Positions 18,178 through 28,497 are shown, numbered from the stretch's first letter. The stretch: DNA of 64,000 nucleotides from Bacillota bacterium (GCA_023394875.1 JAEXAB010000004.1:135108-199107); one strand, 5' to 3'. The notes: generated by a model not told the origin, from the letters alone. Made by a program: numbers and translations.

Positions 18178-19452
18178 ATGGATATTTTTGACAGTAACCG
18201 CGTTAAGGGGATGCCTTTGGCAGAAAGAATGCGAAGCGACAAACTGGATGATTTTATAGGACAAAAGCATCTTGTAGGTCCCGGGTGTCTTTTGCGCAGG
18301 GCGATTGCCTCCGACAGGCTAGGGAGCTGTATTTTTTACGGCCCTCCGGGTACCGGCAAAACCACTTTAGCTAACGTTATTGCAAAAACCACTTCTTCAA
18401 ACTACGTTTATATGAACGCAATATCCAGTGGCGTTGCCGATGCGAAAAAGGTTATTGACGAGGCAAGGGATAATCTTGCTTATTTCGGTAAAAAAACCTA
18501 TCTTCTGCTTGATGAGTGCCATCGTTGGAACAAAGCCCAGTCCGACTGTGTGCTAAGCGCTATAGAAAAAGGGGAGATTATTTTTATCGGGAGCACTACC
18601 GAAAACCCCTACGTTAATATGACTAGGGCAATAGTTAGCCGTTGCAGAGTGTTTGAATTTAAGCCTCTAACTGACAATGAGATAAAAGAAGGTATTTTGC
18701 GGGCAGTTTCCGACAAAGAAAAGGGCTTAGGTAATTACGATATTTCACTAAGTAAAGAAGCCGTGTCACATATTGTATACGTAAGTAACGGTGATTTGCG
18801 GGTTGCGCTTAACGCGCTTGAACTTGCCGTATTAACCACCCCGTCAAACAAGGACGGACTGATAGAAATAACTGCCGAAATTATGGTGCAGTCCACGCAA
18901 AAACCTGTTTTGAGTATAGATACCGACCAGTATTACGACTTGCTTAGCGCGTTTTGTAAGAGTATCAGAGGCAGTGACGAAAACGCCGCTTTGTTCTACG
19001 CTATGAGGCTAATAGAAACAGGCTGTGACCCTACGGTTGTTGCAAGAAGGCTTATTGCCCATTCGGCAGAAGATATAGGTTTAGCTGACCCGAATGCACT
19101 TAACATCGCGGTAAACACATTGTACGCTATAGAAAGAATGGGGGTGCCCGAAGGGTTAATTCCTTTGGCAGAGGCGATTATTTACGTTACTAAGTCGCCT
19201 AAATCAAACAGCGTTATTATTGCGTTAGACGCCGCTAAAGAAGCGGCTAAAGAAGGGCATAACAAGGTTCCAGACCACTTAAAAAATACTAATTACGCCA
19301 ATGAGGAGCGGACAAAATATAAATATCCGCATGATTACGGCGGCTACTGTCCTCAGCAATATTTGCCCGACAGTATAAAAGACAGAATTTTTTACATTCC
19401 CGCTGAAAACGGAGAAGAAAAAAAATATAAAAATAACATATGGAGGTCGTAA
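18178..19452 (+). CDS. rarA: replication-associated recombination protein A (AAA+ ATPase RarA/MgsA)
   Basis: [11 protein letters not shown] Walker [11 protein letters not shown] Walker B region, and C-terminal MgsA-type helical domain ([17 protein letters not shown]). Confidence 0.93.
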   Translation: MDIFDSNRVKGMPLAERMRSDKLDDFIGQKHLVGPGCLLRRAIASDRLGSCIFYGPPGTGKTTLANVIAKTTSSNYVYMNAISSGVADAKKVIDEARDNLAYFGKKTYLLLDECHRWNKAQSDCVLSAIEKGEIIFIGSTTENPYVNMTRAIVSRCRVFEFKPLTDNEIKEGILRAVSDKEKGLGNYDISLSKEAVSHIVYVSNGDLRVALNALELAVLTTPSNKDGLIEITAEIMVQSTQKPVLSIDTDQYYDLLSAFCKSIRGSDENAALFYAMRLIETGCDPTVVARRLIAHSAEDIGLADPNALNIAVNTLYAIERMGVPEGLIPLAEAIIYVTKSPKSNSVIIALDAAKEAAKEGHNKVPDHLKNTNYANEERTKYKYPHDYGGYCPQQYLPDSIKDRIFYIPAENGEEKKYKNNIWRS

Positions 19453-19453
19453 T

Positions 19454-19990
19454 ATGAAAGAACTGAAAGGATCTAAAACCGAACAAAATTTATGGACGGC
19501 TTTTGCCGGAGAGAGTCAGGCAAGAAATAAGTACGATTATTTTGCATCTAGGGCGAAAAAAGACGGATATGAACAGATTGCCGACTTTTTTGCGCAAACC
19601 GCTTTGAACGAAAAAGAACACGCTAAAATTTGGTTTAAGCTACTTAAAGGTATTAACACAACCGAAGAAAACCTTCTTGAAGCAGCTGCAGGAGAAATGT
19701 ACGAATGGACCGATATGTATGCAGGATTTGCAAAAATAGCCGCAGAAGAGGGATTTGACGACATCGCTAAGCTTTTTGCGGGCGTTGCCGCTATAGAGAA
19801 AGACCATGAGGAAAGATACAGAAAGCTTCTTGCCAACATAAAAGACGGTTCAGTCTTTGCAAAAGCCGAAAAATCAATATGGAAGTGCCGTAACTGCGGT
19901 AACGTAGTATTCGGAACCGAAGCTCCCGATGAATGCCCTGTTTGCGCTCATCCCAAGGCTTATTATGAATTGTTAGCAAAAAATTATTAA
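19454..19990 (+). CDS. rbr: rubrerythrin
   Basis: N-terminal ferritin-like diiron domain ([16 protein letters not shown]) plus C-terminal rubredoxin CRNCG...CPVC. Confidence 0.93.
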   Translation: MKELKGSKTEQNLWTAFAGESQARNKYDYFASRAKKDGYEQIADFFAQTALNEKEHAKIWFKLLKGINTTEENLLEAAAGEMYEWTDMYAGFAKIAAEEGFDDIAKLFAGVAAIEKDHEERYRKLLANIKDGSVFAKAEKSIWKCRNCGNVVFGTEAPDECPVCAHPKAYYELLAKNY

Positions 19991-20012
19991 GATATAGTTA
20001 TCGGAGGGGTAA

Positions 20013-20777
20013 ATGATAGAGATTTCTAATTTGTCAAAATCCTACGCAAACAGCGGTGTTAAAGCTGTCGACGGTGTGGATTTAGTAGTTAAAGGCGGAG
20101 AAATTTACGGATTTTTGGGTCCGAACGGCGCAGGTAAGTCCACCACAATTAAGTGCTTGACGGGGATTTTGCCTTTTAGCGAAGGAAGTATCAGTATTTG
20201 CGGATACAACCTCAAAGACGAACCGGTAAAAGCCAAGTCGAATATCGGTTTTGTTGCCGATGAGCATACCCTTTATGAGGGACTTACAGGCAATGAGTAC
20301 ATAAACTTTATTGCAGACGTGTTCGGAGTAGAGCCGAATATTCGTAAAGAAAGGGTGGCAAAGTACGCAACGCTGTTTGATATGACCGACAAACTATATG
20401 ACAAAATTTCTACATATTCCCACGGTATGAAGCAAAAAGTAAGTATAATTGCCGCGCTAGTCCACGAACCCAAAGTCTGGGTTCTGGACGAACCGCTAAC
20501 AGGTCTTGACCCAAAAAGCAGTTATGAACTCAAGCAATTAATGATAGAACACGCCAAAAGCGGCAACGTAGTGTTCTTTTCTTCCCACGTTTTGGAAGTA
20601 GTGGAAAAACTTTGCACAACGGTTGCCATTATTAACAAAGGCAAAATCGTGACGGTCTGCGATATGAAAGAATTGCAGGAAAGAAGAAAGGACGTCAGCT
20701 TGGAAGAATTGTTCTTAAGCATTACCGGCGCATATAATAACGGTCAAGATTCAGAGGGAAACTATGAGACAATCTAG
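20013..20777 (+). CDS. ABC transporter ATP-binding protein
   Basis: GPNGAGKST Walker A, YSHGMKQK signature region, VWVLDEP Walker B; SD GGAGGGG. Confidence 0.92.
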   Translation: MIEISNLSKSYANSGVKAVDGVDLVVKGGEIYGFLGPNGAGKSTTIKCLTGILPFSEGSISICGYNLKDEPVKAKSNIGFVADEHTLYEGLTGNEYINFIADVFGVEPNIRKERVAKYATLFDMTDKLYDKISTYSHGMKQKVSIIAALVHEPKVWVLDEPLTGLDPKSSYELKQLMIEHAKSGNVVFFSSHVLEVVEKLCTTVAIINKGKIVTVCDMKELQERRKDVSLEELFLSITGAYNNGQDSEGNYETI

Positions 20778-22512
20778 TATGTTTTGGACTGTTTTCAAAG
20801 CCTCTGCAAAGGATATGTTTTTTTCCACTTCCAAACTTTTCAAGGCAAACAGACCCGAAAAAACAAGCAAAAAAAAGGTTAACGTAGGCGGTAAAATTGG
20901 TCTTGGCGTCCTTATGGGCATTGGTATTTTGGCTATGCTGTTTTATCTTGTATCCTACGTATATTCTATGACCGTAGCTGCTTTACAGTCAAATCTTCAT
21001 AAAGAGCTACTATATACGTTGTTGCTGATGACTCAAGTTATGCTGCTGTTTCTTGGCAGTATGACTACCTTGAACTTTTTATATTTCAGTAAAGACAATC
21101 AGCTACTTTTTACGCTACCTATTACCGACAGAGTTATTTTTGCAGTTAAATTTTCGTTGTCATATTTATCGCAGCTTCTTATAAGCGCGTTTTTTGCTCT
21201 GCCTGTTTTATTAACTTACGGCGTAACGATGTTGATAAACGGCGGAGCTATAGGGGCGTCTTACTTTGTATTTTCGGTAATTTCTATATTCTTATTACCG
21301 ATTATACCTTTATTACTCATTAGTTTACTGTCCGTTCCTTTAATGTATATCGCATCGTTTCTTAAAAAACGGGTTATCGGCAAATCCCTTGTCGTAGCCT
21401 TTATTTCTATATTCTTTTTGGCGATATATTTTGTAATAATAAGCGGTACGGTAAAAATGAACATTGACCCGGAAAATAATAACGTGCCAGTTCTGTCCTC
21501 CACAATTTCCGCATTAGTAAGCGGAGGGGGCAAAATCGGCATTTATAACTATAATATAGTAAATGCAATGCTTGGCGTGAAAGCCGCCCTTAACTTCTTT
21601 ATTTATCTGGGCGCTTTAGTAGTGGTGTTCTTACTATCCTTAGTTTTAAGCTCAATGTTCTATAGAAAAGGTATCAGCGTAGTTATGGAAGAGGGAGCTG
21701 GCGGCACAAGCAAAAAGAAAAAAACCGACGAAAGTAAGACCTATCTAAAAAACAGTTTCCGAAAAAGTTTCTTTATTAAGGAAATAAAGACTATTTTCGC
21801 AACCCCGAGTTTGTTTATGAGTAGCATAATCGGCTTGGTTGCCGTACCCTTAATTATATTTATTATGGGCGGAAATATGTTCAATTTTGCCGAAGAAGGC
21901 ACGGTGTTGACTCTAGGTTCGGAACTGGGCACAATAGGTTTTATTTGTTACTTTGCATCGATAATTATGTCGGGCACCAATACTATATCTTTGGTGGGCT
22001 TTTCTTTGGAAGGGAAAAATATGTATATCCTAAAAACTCTTCCTTTAAGAACAAAAGACATTATTATAAGTAAACTGACCGTTGCCAATATTTTTAACGT
22101 CCTTTTATCAATAATAGCCGGAGTTACTTTTACAATAATAAGCTCCTTCCATAATGCTTTTATCGGTATTGCGATAATGGCGCTTCTTACCATAAACGGT
22201 CTTGCCATTTCGGCAATAGGCATGCATAACGATATCAGGAATCCTAATTGTAAATACAAAAACATAGCCGAACTGACTAAAAATAACAAAAAAACTATAA
22301 AACCAATGCTTATTAGCCTTGGTATCGGTCTATCTTATATGATATTCGGCATAATGCTGAGCGCGTTTTCTTCATCGGGCAGCCTACCTGATTGGCTAGC
22401 GTATCTGTTGTTCTTCTTTGTTATACTGATAATCAATATGCTTTTTGGATTTATTGCATTCAAAAAACTTTTCGACAACGCGGACGAATATTTTTACCAG
22501 ATTGAGGCATAA
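20764..22512 (+). CDS. large multi-pass ABC exporter permease (uncharacterized family)
   Basis: 582 aa with many hydrophobic spans; overlaps the ATPase gene by 14 nt (translational coupling). I recognise no specific motifs. Confidence 0.65.
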   Translation: MRQSSMFWTVFKASAKDMFFSTSKLFKANRPEKTSKKKVNVGGKIGLGVLMGIGILAMLFYLVSYVYSMTVAALQSNLHKELLYTLLLMTQVMLLFLGSMTTLNFLYFSKDNQLLFTLPITDRVIFAVKFSLSYLSQLLISAFFALPVLLTYGVTMLINGGAIGASYFVFSVISIFLLPIIPLLLISLLSVPLMYIASFLKKRVIGKSLVVAFISIFFLAIYFVIISGTVKMNIDPENNNVPVLSSTISALVSGGGKIGIYNYNIVNAMLGVKAALNFFIYLGALVVVFLLSLVLSSMFYRKGISVVMEEGAGGTSKKKKTDESKTYLKNSFRKSFFIKEIKTIFATPSLFMSSIIGLVAVPLIIFIMGGNMFNFAEEGTVLTLGSELGTIGFICYFASIIMSGTNTISLVGFSLEGKNMYILKTLPLRTKDIIISKLTVANIFNVLLSIIAGVTFTIISSFHNAFIGIAIMALLTINGLAISAIGMHNDIRNPNCKYKNIAELTKNNKKTIKPMLISLGIGLSYMIFGIMLSAFSSSGSLPDWLAYLLFFFVILIINMLFGFIAFKKLFDNADEYFYQIEA

Positions 22513-22932
22513 ATGAGAAAGATAGCATTGGATATTGGAGATGTAAGAATAGGTATTGCTACAAGCGACCCCATGGGCATAATAGCCAGCGGGTACGAAA
22601 CGTATACCAGGACAAAAAACGAAGAAAAGGATCTTATTTATTTTGCCGAACTGGCAAAAAATAAACAATGCGATACCTTTGTTCTTGGTTTGCCGGTAAA
22701 TATGGACGGAACCGAGGGTTTAAGAGCGGTTTTAGTTAGAGAATTCGGGGAAAAATTAAAACAATATACCGATATAAAAGTGATTTTTCAGGACGAAAGA
22801 TTAAGTACAGTCAGCGCGGAAAAGGCGTTAATTGAGGGCGGAATGCGTAGAGAAGACCGCAAAAAAGTGATAGATAAGGTAGCTGCGAGTATAATTTTGC
22901 AAAGTTATCTTGACAAAATAAAAAAATATTAA
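22513..22932 (+). CDS. ruvX: Holliday junction resolvase-like nuclease RuvX (YqgF)
   Basis: MRKIALDIGDVRIGIATSD... and ERLSTVSAE..., typical of the YqgF family. Confidence 0.92.
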   Translation: MRKIALDIGDVRIGIATSDPMGIIASGYETYTRTKNEEKDLIYFAELAKNKQCDTFVLGLPVNMDGTEGLRAVLVREFGEKLKQYTDIKVIFQDERLSTVSAEKALIEGGMRREDRKKVIDKVAASIILQSYLDKIKKY

Positions 22933-22945
22933 GGAGTTTGTTAAA

Positions 22946-23233
22946 ATGAACGAAAAAGAAAAGACCTACATTGAAGAAGATGACGAAATAGTTACCTTAA
23001 CCTATGACGATGGAGATACCGAAGATTTTTATAATCTTGCCGAACTTGATTATGAGGGTAAATGGTATATTTATCTAACCCCAGTTAATCCTACCGAGGA
23101 TTTTGCCGACGACGAAGTAATAATTTATGAAATGGCAACCGACGAAGAGGGCAATGAGGAATTTTTGCCAATAGAAGACGACGATTTGTTGGATAAGCTA
23201 ATCGACCTTCTAAACGCAGAGGCTGCAGAGTAG
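22946..23233 (+). CDS. DUF1292-family acidic protein
   Basis: IVTLTYDDGDTEDFYNLAELDYEGKWYIYLTPV pattern; follows ruvX as in many Firmicutes. Confidence 0.8.
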   Translation: MNEKEKTYIEEDDEIVTLTYDDGDTEDFYNLAELDYEGKWYIYLTPVNPTEDFADDEVIIYEMATDEEGNEEFLPIEDDDLLDKLIDLLNAEAAE

Positions 23234-23283
23234 CGATTATGTGTTTTAAGGCAGATTTTATGGTAAATTTGCCTTAAAAACTA

Positions 23284-23312
23284 TTGCAATGGAAAAAATT
23301 TTGTGTTAAGAT
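23284..23312 (+). promoter_or_regulatory. sigma-A-type promoter with extended -10 (TTGCAA-17-TGtTAAGAT) for rpsB-tsf
   Basis: TTGCAA at 23284-23289, 17-nt spacer ending in TGT, TAAGAT at 23307-23312; leaves a leader of about 100 nt before ATG 23418. Confidence 0.55.
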
Positions 23313-23417
23313 ATATCAGAAATTACGAACCGCGCACGGAGAAAGGATTGTTGTCCGTTTTGGATTGTCACTTTTGTAGATGGCACGGGGAGAAACAAAC
23401 AAGGAGGTTTTTTTAAT

Positions 23418-24164
23418 ATGTCAGTAATTTCAATGAAGCAATTATTAGAAGCAGGTGTACATTTCGGTCACCAGACCAAGAAATGGAATCCTAAGATGAA
23501 GAAGTACATTTTCGACGCAAGAAACGATGTACATATCATCAACCTGGAACAAACCGTTGAGGCTATCGAGGCCGCATACGCTTTTGTCCGCGACGTTGTT
23601 GCCAAAGGCAAGACCGTTCTTTTCGTAGGAAAGAAAAAGCAGGCTAAAGAAGCTATCCAACAGGAAGCCGAAAGATGCGGTATGTTCTATATGAACCAAA
23701 GATGGCTAGGCGGAACTTTAACCAACTTCGCCACAATCCGTACCAGAATCGACAAACTTAACAAGCTTAACCAGATGGAAATCATCGGCGAGTTCGATTT
23801 ACTCCCCAAAAAGGAAGTTATCAAACTTAAAGCAGAAAGAGACGTTTTGGAAACAAACCTTGGCGGTATCAAGAACATGAGAGAACTTCCCGGCGCTTTA
23901 TTTGTTGTAGACCTAAAGGTAGAGCACTTGGCAGTTAAGGAAGCAAGAAGTCTTGGTATACCCATAGTTGGCTTGGTAGACACCAACTGTGACCCCGAAG
24001 AAGTTGACTTTGCTATCCCCGGCAACGACGACGCTATAAGAGCAATAAAGCTTATCGCAAGCGTAATAGCCGATGCGTGTATCGAAGCTAAAGAGGGTAA
24101 GCAGGAAGTAGCCGAAGTTCAAGAAGCTGTGGAAGTTGAAGAAAACGAAGGCGATTTAGAATAA
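23418..24164 (+). CDS. rpsB: 30S ribosomal protein S2
   Basis: [23 protein letters not shown]-terminus; strong SD AAGGAGG. Confidence 0.98.
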   Translation: MSVISMKQLLEAGVHFGHQTKKWNPKMKKYIFDARNDVHIINLEQTVEAIEAAYAFVRDVVAKGKTVLFVGKKKQAKEAIQQEAERCGMFYMNQRWLGGTLTNFATIRTRIDKLNKLNQMEIIGEFDLLPKKEVIKLKAERDVLETNLGGIKNMRELPGALFVVDLKVEHLAVKEARSLGIPIVGLVDTNCDPEEVDFAIPGNDDAIRAIKLIASVIADACIEAKEGKQEVAEVQEAVEVEENEGDLE

Positions 24165-24195
24165 TTTAGGATTAAATTTTTGGAGGTATATATTT

Positions 24196-24861
24196 ATGGC
24201 ATTTACAGCTAAAGACGTGCAAGACTTGCGCGTACGTACCGGTGTAGGTATGATGGACTGCAAAAAAGCATTGGTAGAAACAGACGGCGATATGGATAAA
24301 GCCGTAGAATATTTGAGAGAAAAGGGCATTGCTACCGCCGCTAAAAAGGCAAGCAGAATAGCCAGTGAGGGTATAGTTGACACATATATCCACCTTGGCG
24401 GCAAAATCGGCGTTATGGTAGAAGTTAATTGCGAAACAGACTTCGTGGCAAGGGGAGAAACCTTCCGCGCGTTTGTTCACGACGTTGCTTTACAAATCGC
24501 CGCTGCAAAACCTTTTTATGTTAATAAAGAAGACGTTCCTCAGGCAGAACTTGATCATGAGAAAGAAATTTTGAAAGCTCAAGCTATTAACGAAGGCAAA
24601 CCTCTTGCAATAGTTGACAGAATGGTAGAAGGCAGAATTCAAAAATACTATAAAGATTTTTGCTTAATGGAACAGGATTTTGTTAAAGATCCCGATAAGA
24701 CTATCACCACACTTCTTAACGAAACAATCAGTGCAATTGGCGAAAAAATTACTATCAGACGTTTCACCAGATATGAAATGGGCGAAGGTCTGGAAAAGAA
24801 AGTTGATAATTTTGCAGAAGAAATCAACGCGCAGGTTGCAAAAATGCAAGCTAACAAATAA
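24196..24861 (+). CDS. tsf: translation elongation factor Ts (short form)
   Basis: [25 protein letters not shown]-like N-terminus and [11 protein letters not shown] motif. Confidence 0.97.
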   Translation: MAFTAKDVQDLRVRTGVGMMDCKKALVETDGDMDKAVEYLREKGIATAAKKASRIASEGIVDTYIHLGGKIGVMVEVNCETDFVARGETFRAFVHDVALQIAAAKPFYVNKEDVPQAELDHEKEILKAQAINEGKPLAIVDRMVEGRIQKYYKDFCLMEQDFVKDPDKTITTLLNETISAIGEKITIRRFTRYEMGEGLEKKVDNFAEEINAQVAKMQANK

Positions 24862-24867
24862 CAATTG

Positions 24868-24895
24868 AAAAAGCACTTTTTAAGGTGCTTTTTTT
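24868..24895 (+). terminator. intrinsic terminator after tsf
   Basis: AAAAAGCAC / GTGCTTTTT stem with an 8-nt loop, followed by additional T residues. Confidence 0.7.
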
Positions 24896-24914
24896 CTGTA
24901 ATAAAAGGAGTATT

Positions 24915-25619
24915 ATGGCAGCAAAATACAAGAGAGCTTTAATAAAATTAAGCGGAGAGGCTTTGGCAGGCAAAAGCAGTTTCGGTATCAGCGGAGAGGA
25001 AATCGAATTAGTAATAAAGCAAATCAAAGAAGTGGTAAGTGAAGGGGTACAAATAGGCATAGTAGTAGGCGGCGGAAACTTTTGGAGAGGCAGACAAGGC
25101 ACCAATATGGACAGAACAACAGCCGACCATATGGGTATGCTTGCAACGGTCATTAACGCCCTTGCCTTGCAGGACGCTTTAGAGCAGAGCGGTATTCCTA
25201 CCAGAGTACAGACCGCTTTGACTATTCAAAGAGTGGCAGAACCATATATATTGAGAAGGGCGCTTCGCCATTTGGAAAAAGGGCGCGTTGTCGTATTTGC
25301 ATGCGGCACAGGCAATCCTTATTTCTCCACCGATACGGGAGCGGCTCTTCGCGCTGCGGAAATCCACGCCGACGTACTTTTGTGCGCAAAAAATATCGAC
25401 GGTATTTACGACTGCGACCCAAAAAAGAACCCGAACGCCAAAAAATATGACGAAATAAGCTATCTTGATTTTATCAAAAACGGACTTACCGCTTTGGATA
25501 CTACGGCTGTTAGCTTGTGCAGAGAAAATAATATTCCTATAATAGCTTTCGGACTTTGCGAAGAAAACAGCATAGTTAGGGCAATAAACGGAGAAAAGCT
25601 GGGCACAATAATTTGCTAA
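24915..25619 (+). CDS. pyrH: UMP kinase
   Basis: [17 protein letters not shown]... and GGGNFWRG motifs. I prefer ATG 24915 (SD AAAGGAG) over track start 24885, which lies inside the tsf terminator. Confidence 0.96.
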   Translation: MAAKYKRALIKLSGEALAGKSSFGISGEEIELVIKQIKEVVSEGVQIGIVVGGGNFWRGRQGTNMDRTTADHMGMLATVINALALQDALEQSGIPTRVQTALTIQRVAEPYILRRALRHLEKGRVVVFACGTGNPYFSTDTGAALRAAEIHADVLLCAKNIDGIYDCDPKKNPNAKKYDEISYLDFIKNGLTALDTTAVSLCRENNIPIIAFGLCEENSIVRAINGEKLGTIIC

Positions 25620-25653
25620 ATTTGTAATAAAAACAGATATTTTTGCAAAAAAT

Positions 25654-25686
25654 AAAGCGAGTTGACATTTAAGCTCGCTTTTGTGT
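25654..25686 (+). terminator. probable intrinsic terminator after pyrH (its loop contains a TTGACA -35-like hexamer)
   Basis: AAAGCGAG / CTCGCTTT stem (25654-25661 / 25674-25681) followed by TTTTGTGTT. TTGACA at 25662-25667 and TGtTATAAT at 25684-25692 could form a promoter for the next gene, but with a long 19-nt spacer. Confidence 0.55.
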
Positions 25687-25751
25687 TATAATTAAATTGA
25701 GTTAGAAAATATATTAATCATATAAGGTTTTACAAAGGGGGTAATTGTTAT

Positions 25752-26243
25752 ATGATTAAAAAGGTATTTTTTGTATTCGTTTTAATTATTTTATGCGTTT
25801 GTATATTCTCTTCCTGCGCTCTATTTGTCAGTCGCGGAGAGTTTATTTCGTTGCAAAAAGCCTATGATACAGGGATAATTACCAAAGAGGACCTAAAGAG
25901 TATCGCTTATTATCAGAACGGAGATAATAGGGGAATAGACAATGAAAACTTTGTTCCTAATAAAAAAACACCCGAAACCTTGAGCGCTGAAACAGAAAAA
26001 GCCATAAAAGAAACCAGAGCTTATAACCTAAGAAAGAATTCTTTATCGGGAATATCCACAAAAATGGCTAAAGCCGATGACGTGGAGATTTTTAAGTATT
26101 ACGGAACGTACAATAATTACGTAGCCGTTATGCTGTTTGACGCTTTTACCGATTATGACCAGGCGTTATGGGAAATAGAAATAGACGGAGTCGTTTTCTA
26201 CTACAAAAACGGCAACAGAATATTCCTTTGGAAGGAAATTTAG
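25752..26243 (+). CDS. hypothetical secreted protein or lipoprotein
   Basis: N-terminal signal-like segment ending in a lipobox-like IFSSC; SD AAAGGGGG; no family recognised. Confidence 0.6.
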   Translation: MIKKVFFVFVLIILCVCIFSSCALFVSRGEFISLQKAYDTGIITKEDLKSIAYYQNGDNRGIDNENFVPNKKTPETLSAETEKAIKETRAYNLRKNSLSGISTKMAKADDVEIFKYYGTYNNYVAVMLFDAFTDYDQALWEIEIDGVVFYYKNGNRIFLWKEI

Positions 26244-26370
26244 TTAATCCAACATTATATACCCTCGTTTTTATAAATTTTCTCTTGTGCCTATTGATAA
26301 AATATGCTATATTATTTATATATTCTTTTTATGAGGTGAATTTATGGCATATGACATTTTAGAGGTGGAA

Positions 26371-26919
26371 ATGATTTTTGAAGAGCTTGAGGAAAGAATG
26401 ACCAAGTCGATTAATTCTTTTGTGAGCGAGCTTAACAATATGAGAGCCGGCAGGGCAAATCCTCATATTTTGGATGCTGTGCGCGTTGATTATTACGGCG
26501 TAGAGTCTCCGATTAATCAGGTTGGCAACATCTCAATACCCGAAGCCAGAGTTTTGATGATAAACGTATGGGACAGCAGCATGTTAAAAAAGGTTGAGAA
26601 AGCTATTATCGACGCCAACGTAGGCATTATTCCCAACAATGACGGCAAAGTTCTACGCTTAATTTTCCCCGAGCCTACCGAAGAAAGAAGAAAGGCTCTG
26701 GTTAAGGAAGTTAAAAACCTTGCCGAAAGAACCAGAGTAGCGATAAGAAACATCAGAAGAGATTCTTTAGCTGAGGTAAAAACTTTGGAAAAGAACAAGA
26801 CAATCAGCGAAGATATGTCCAAAAACTACGAAGCCGACATCGAAAAGAAGGTAGTAGCAAAAATTGCCGAAATCGACAAAATAGCCGCGGATAAGGAAGT
26901 TGAAATCTTAAAAGTATAA
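26371..26919 (+). CDS. frr: ribosome recycling factor
   Basis: MIFEELEERMTKSI...MRAGRANPHILD...YYG pattern. I prefer ATG 26371 (SD AGAGGTGG) over track start 26344. Confidence 0.96.
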   Translation: MIFEELEERMTKSINSFVSELNNMRAGRANPHILDAVRVDYYGVESPINQVGNISIPEARVLMINVWDSSMLKKVEKAIIDANVGIIPNNDGKVLRLIFPEPTEERRKALVKEVKNLAERTRVAIRNIRRDSLAEVKTLEKNKTISEDMSKNYEADIEKKVVAKIAEIDKIAADKEVEILKV

Positions 26920-27614
26920 TGAAACACTTGGCTATTATTATTGACGGGAACGGCAGATGGGCAGAAAAACAAGGCTTAAACCGCATCTACGGTCACGAAA
27001 AAGGGGCTTTCGCTTTGGAAAGGGCGTTAGTTGACCTAAAGAATCTTGACATAGAAACATTATCCGTTTATGCTTTCAGTACCGAAAATTCTCACCGTTC
27101 ACCAAAAGAAGTAAGCAATCTCATGGGAGTTATTGCTTACTTTTTCAATAATAATATAGGTAAAATTATAAATAAAAATAATTACCGCGTAAGGTTTATC
27201 GGCGATTTACAAAAGCTTCCTCAGGAAGTACTTGCAGCTGTCGCTAACCTTAACGCTTCGGCTTTGAACAATACGGGAAAGCTTATTGTATTTGCCCTAA
27301 ACTATGGCGGAGTAAACGAAGTTTGCCGCGCTTTCGATAAGCTTTATGCCGAAAAATTGTTTTTCAAAGACGATTTACCTATTACCGAAAAGCAGCTATA
27401 TGCGGCTTTGGATACCGCAAACATTGATTTACCGGACGCGGTTTTACGTTATGGCGGACATAAGAGATTAAGCAACTTTTTACCTTTGCAATCGGTTTAT
27501 TCGGAGTTGTTTTTTACCGATAAATTATGGCCGGATTATGAAAAAAACGATATAGAAGAAATAATAAAGCAATATACTACAATAAAAAGGAATTTCGGAG
27601 GGATAAATGCCTGA
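26919..27614 (+). CDS. uppS: isoprenyl transferase (undecaprenyl diphosphate synthase)
   Basis: HLAIIIDGNGRWA, FSTENSHR and RYGGHKRLSNFLP motifs. Confidence 0.95.
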   Translation: MKHLAIIIDGNGRWAEKQGLNRIYGHEKGAFALERALVDLKNLDIETLSVYAFSTENSHRSPKEVSNLMGVIAYFFNNNIGKIINKNNYRVRFIGDLQKLPQEVLAAVANLNASALNNTGKLIVFALNYGGVNEVCRAFDKLYAEKLFFKDDLPITEKQLYAALDTANIDLPDAVLRYGGHKRLSNFLPLQSVYSELFFTDKLWPDYEKNDIEEIIKQYTTIKRNFGGINA

Positions 27615-28497
27615 AAAGAAAAAAATGAGCGATGGTATGGCGCGTACTGTCAGCGGAATAATATTGGCTGGCGCGCTGTTTTTGGTTCTGTGGCTGACGA
27701 GTTTTTCTCAGATAATATTTGATATACTTGTTTGGATATTCGGAGCGATTGCTACCTTGGAAATGTACCGCGCCGTTAAAAAAGCCGATACCGGCATAAT
27801 TGATAAACGCGGCTATAACATAAGCATGTGGTCAATGATAGTTTTTGTTATTATTATTTATCCGCTGTGCTATGCCCTTGGTATGACAGGACTGATGTTT
27901 GCCTTTATTTTAGCCTTGCTGTTTGCTTTTATTGAGTTCATTTTTGACCAAAAAAAGAAATTGAGCGACTTCGGCGTAAATATATTTGCCCTTATTTATC
28001 CTATGTTTTTGATTGGTATAATCTTCGTAATGGGCAGAATTTATGGTATGATACCTATACTTTTGGCGGTAGGAGTGTCACTTATAAGCGATGCGGCAGC
28101 CTATTGGATTGGAGTTAAATTCGGCAAGAAAAAGATATTCCCCACAATCAGCCCCAAAAAGACCTATGCAGGCAGCATCGGCGGTATTTTCGGCGGTGTT
28201 TTAGGCGCGATAATAATTTATCTTATTTTCGAACTGGGTAAGTTCCCCACCAACACAGTATTTATTTTCGGTAAGATTACCAAAACACCTGTTTTGTTGT
28301 ATGCTTTATCGGGAGCAATTTTGGCGGTATTCTCCGAACTTGGCGATTTGGCTGCAAGCAGAATAAAGAGAGCGGCGGGAATAAAGGATTACGGCACTAT
28401 ACTTGGTTCTCACGGCGGGGCGTTGGACAGAATTGACAGTATTTTGTTCTCATCGGCGGCAACGTTGCTTCTTATCAGACTTTATTTGGCTTTTTAA
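27607..28497 (+). CDS. cdsA: phosphatidate cytidylyltransferase
   Basis: Multi-TM protein with the CdsA signature region ISPKKTYAGSIGG...GDLAASRIKR...KDYG...GHGGALDRIDS. Confidence 0.94.
   Translation: MPEKKKMSDGMARTVSGIILAGALFLVLWLTSFSQIIFDILVWIFGAIATLEMYRAVKKADTGIIDKRGYNISMWSMIVFVIIIYPLCYALGMTGLMFAFILALLFAFIEFIFDQKKKLSDFGVNIFALIYPMFLIGIIFVMGRIYGMIPILLAVGVSLISDAAAYWIGVKFGKKKIFPTISPKKTYAGSIGGIFGGVLGAIIIYLIFELGKFPTNTVFIFGKITKTPVLLYALSGAILAVFSELGDLAASRIKRAAGIKDYGTILGSHGGALDRIDSILFSSAATLLLIRLYLAF

Noticed and set aside
18178-22512. rarA-rbr-ABC genes considered as an operon functionally linked to the giant glucan synthase (exporter or accessory system)
   Set aside because: rarA and rubrerythrin are housekeeping genes with unrelated functions. 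rarA has its own promoter. The ABC system is a split ATPase/permease type rather than the NdvA/ChvA fused exporter. Adjacency alone does not support a system.
23246-23278. Hairpin TTTTAAGGCA...TGCCTTAAAA after the DUF1292 gene, considered as its intrinsic terminator
   Set aside because: The stem is good, but it is followed by an A-run, not a U-tract, on the plus strand, and it has no proper U-tract on the minus strand either. It could still act as a weak or factor-dependent terminator, so I did not list it as a feature.
26244-26370. AT-rich 127-nt spacer before frr, examined for a small RNA or riboswitch
   Set aside because: I saw no stable stem, terminator or conserved motif. There is only a weak TTGATA-17-TATATA promoter-like match, which is not distinctive in this AT-rich sequence.
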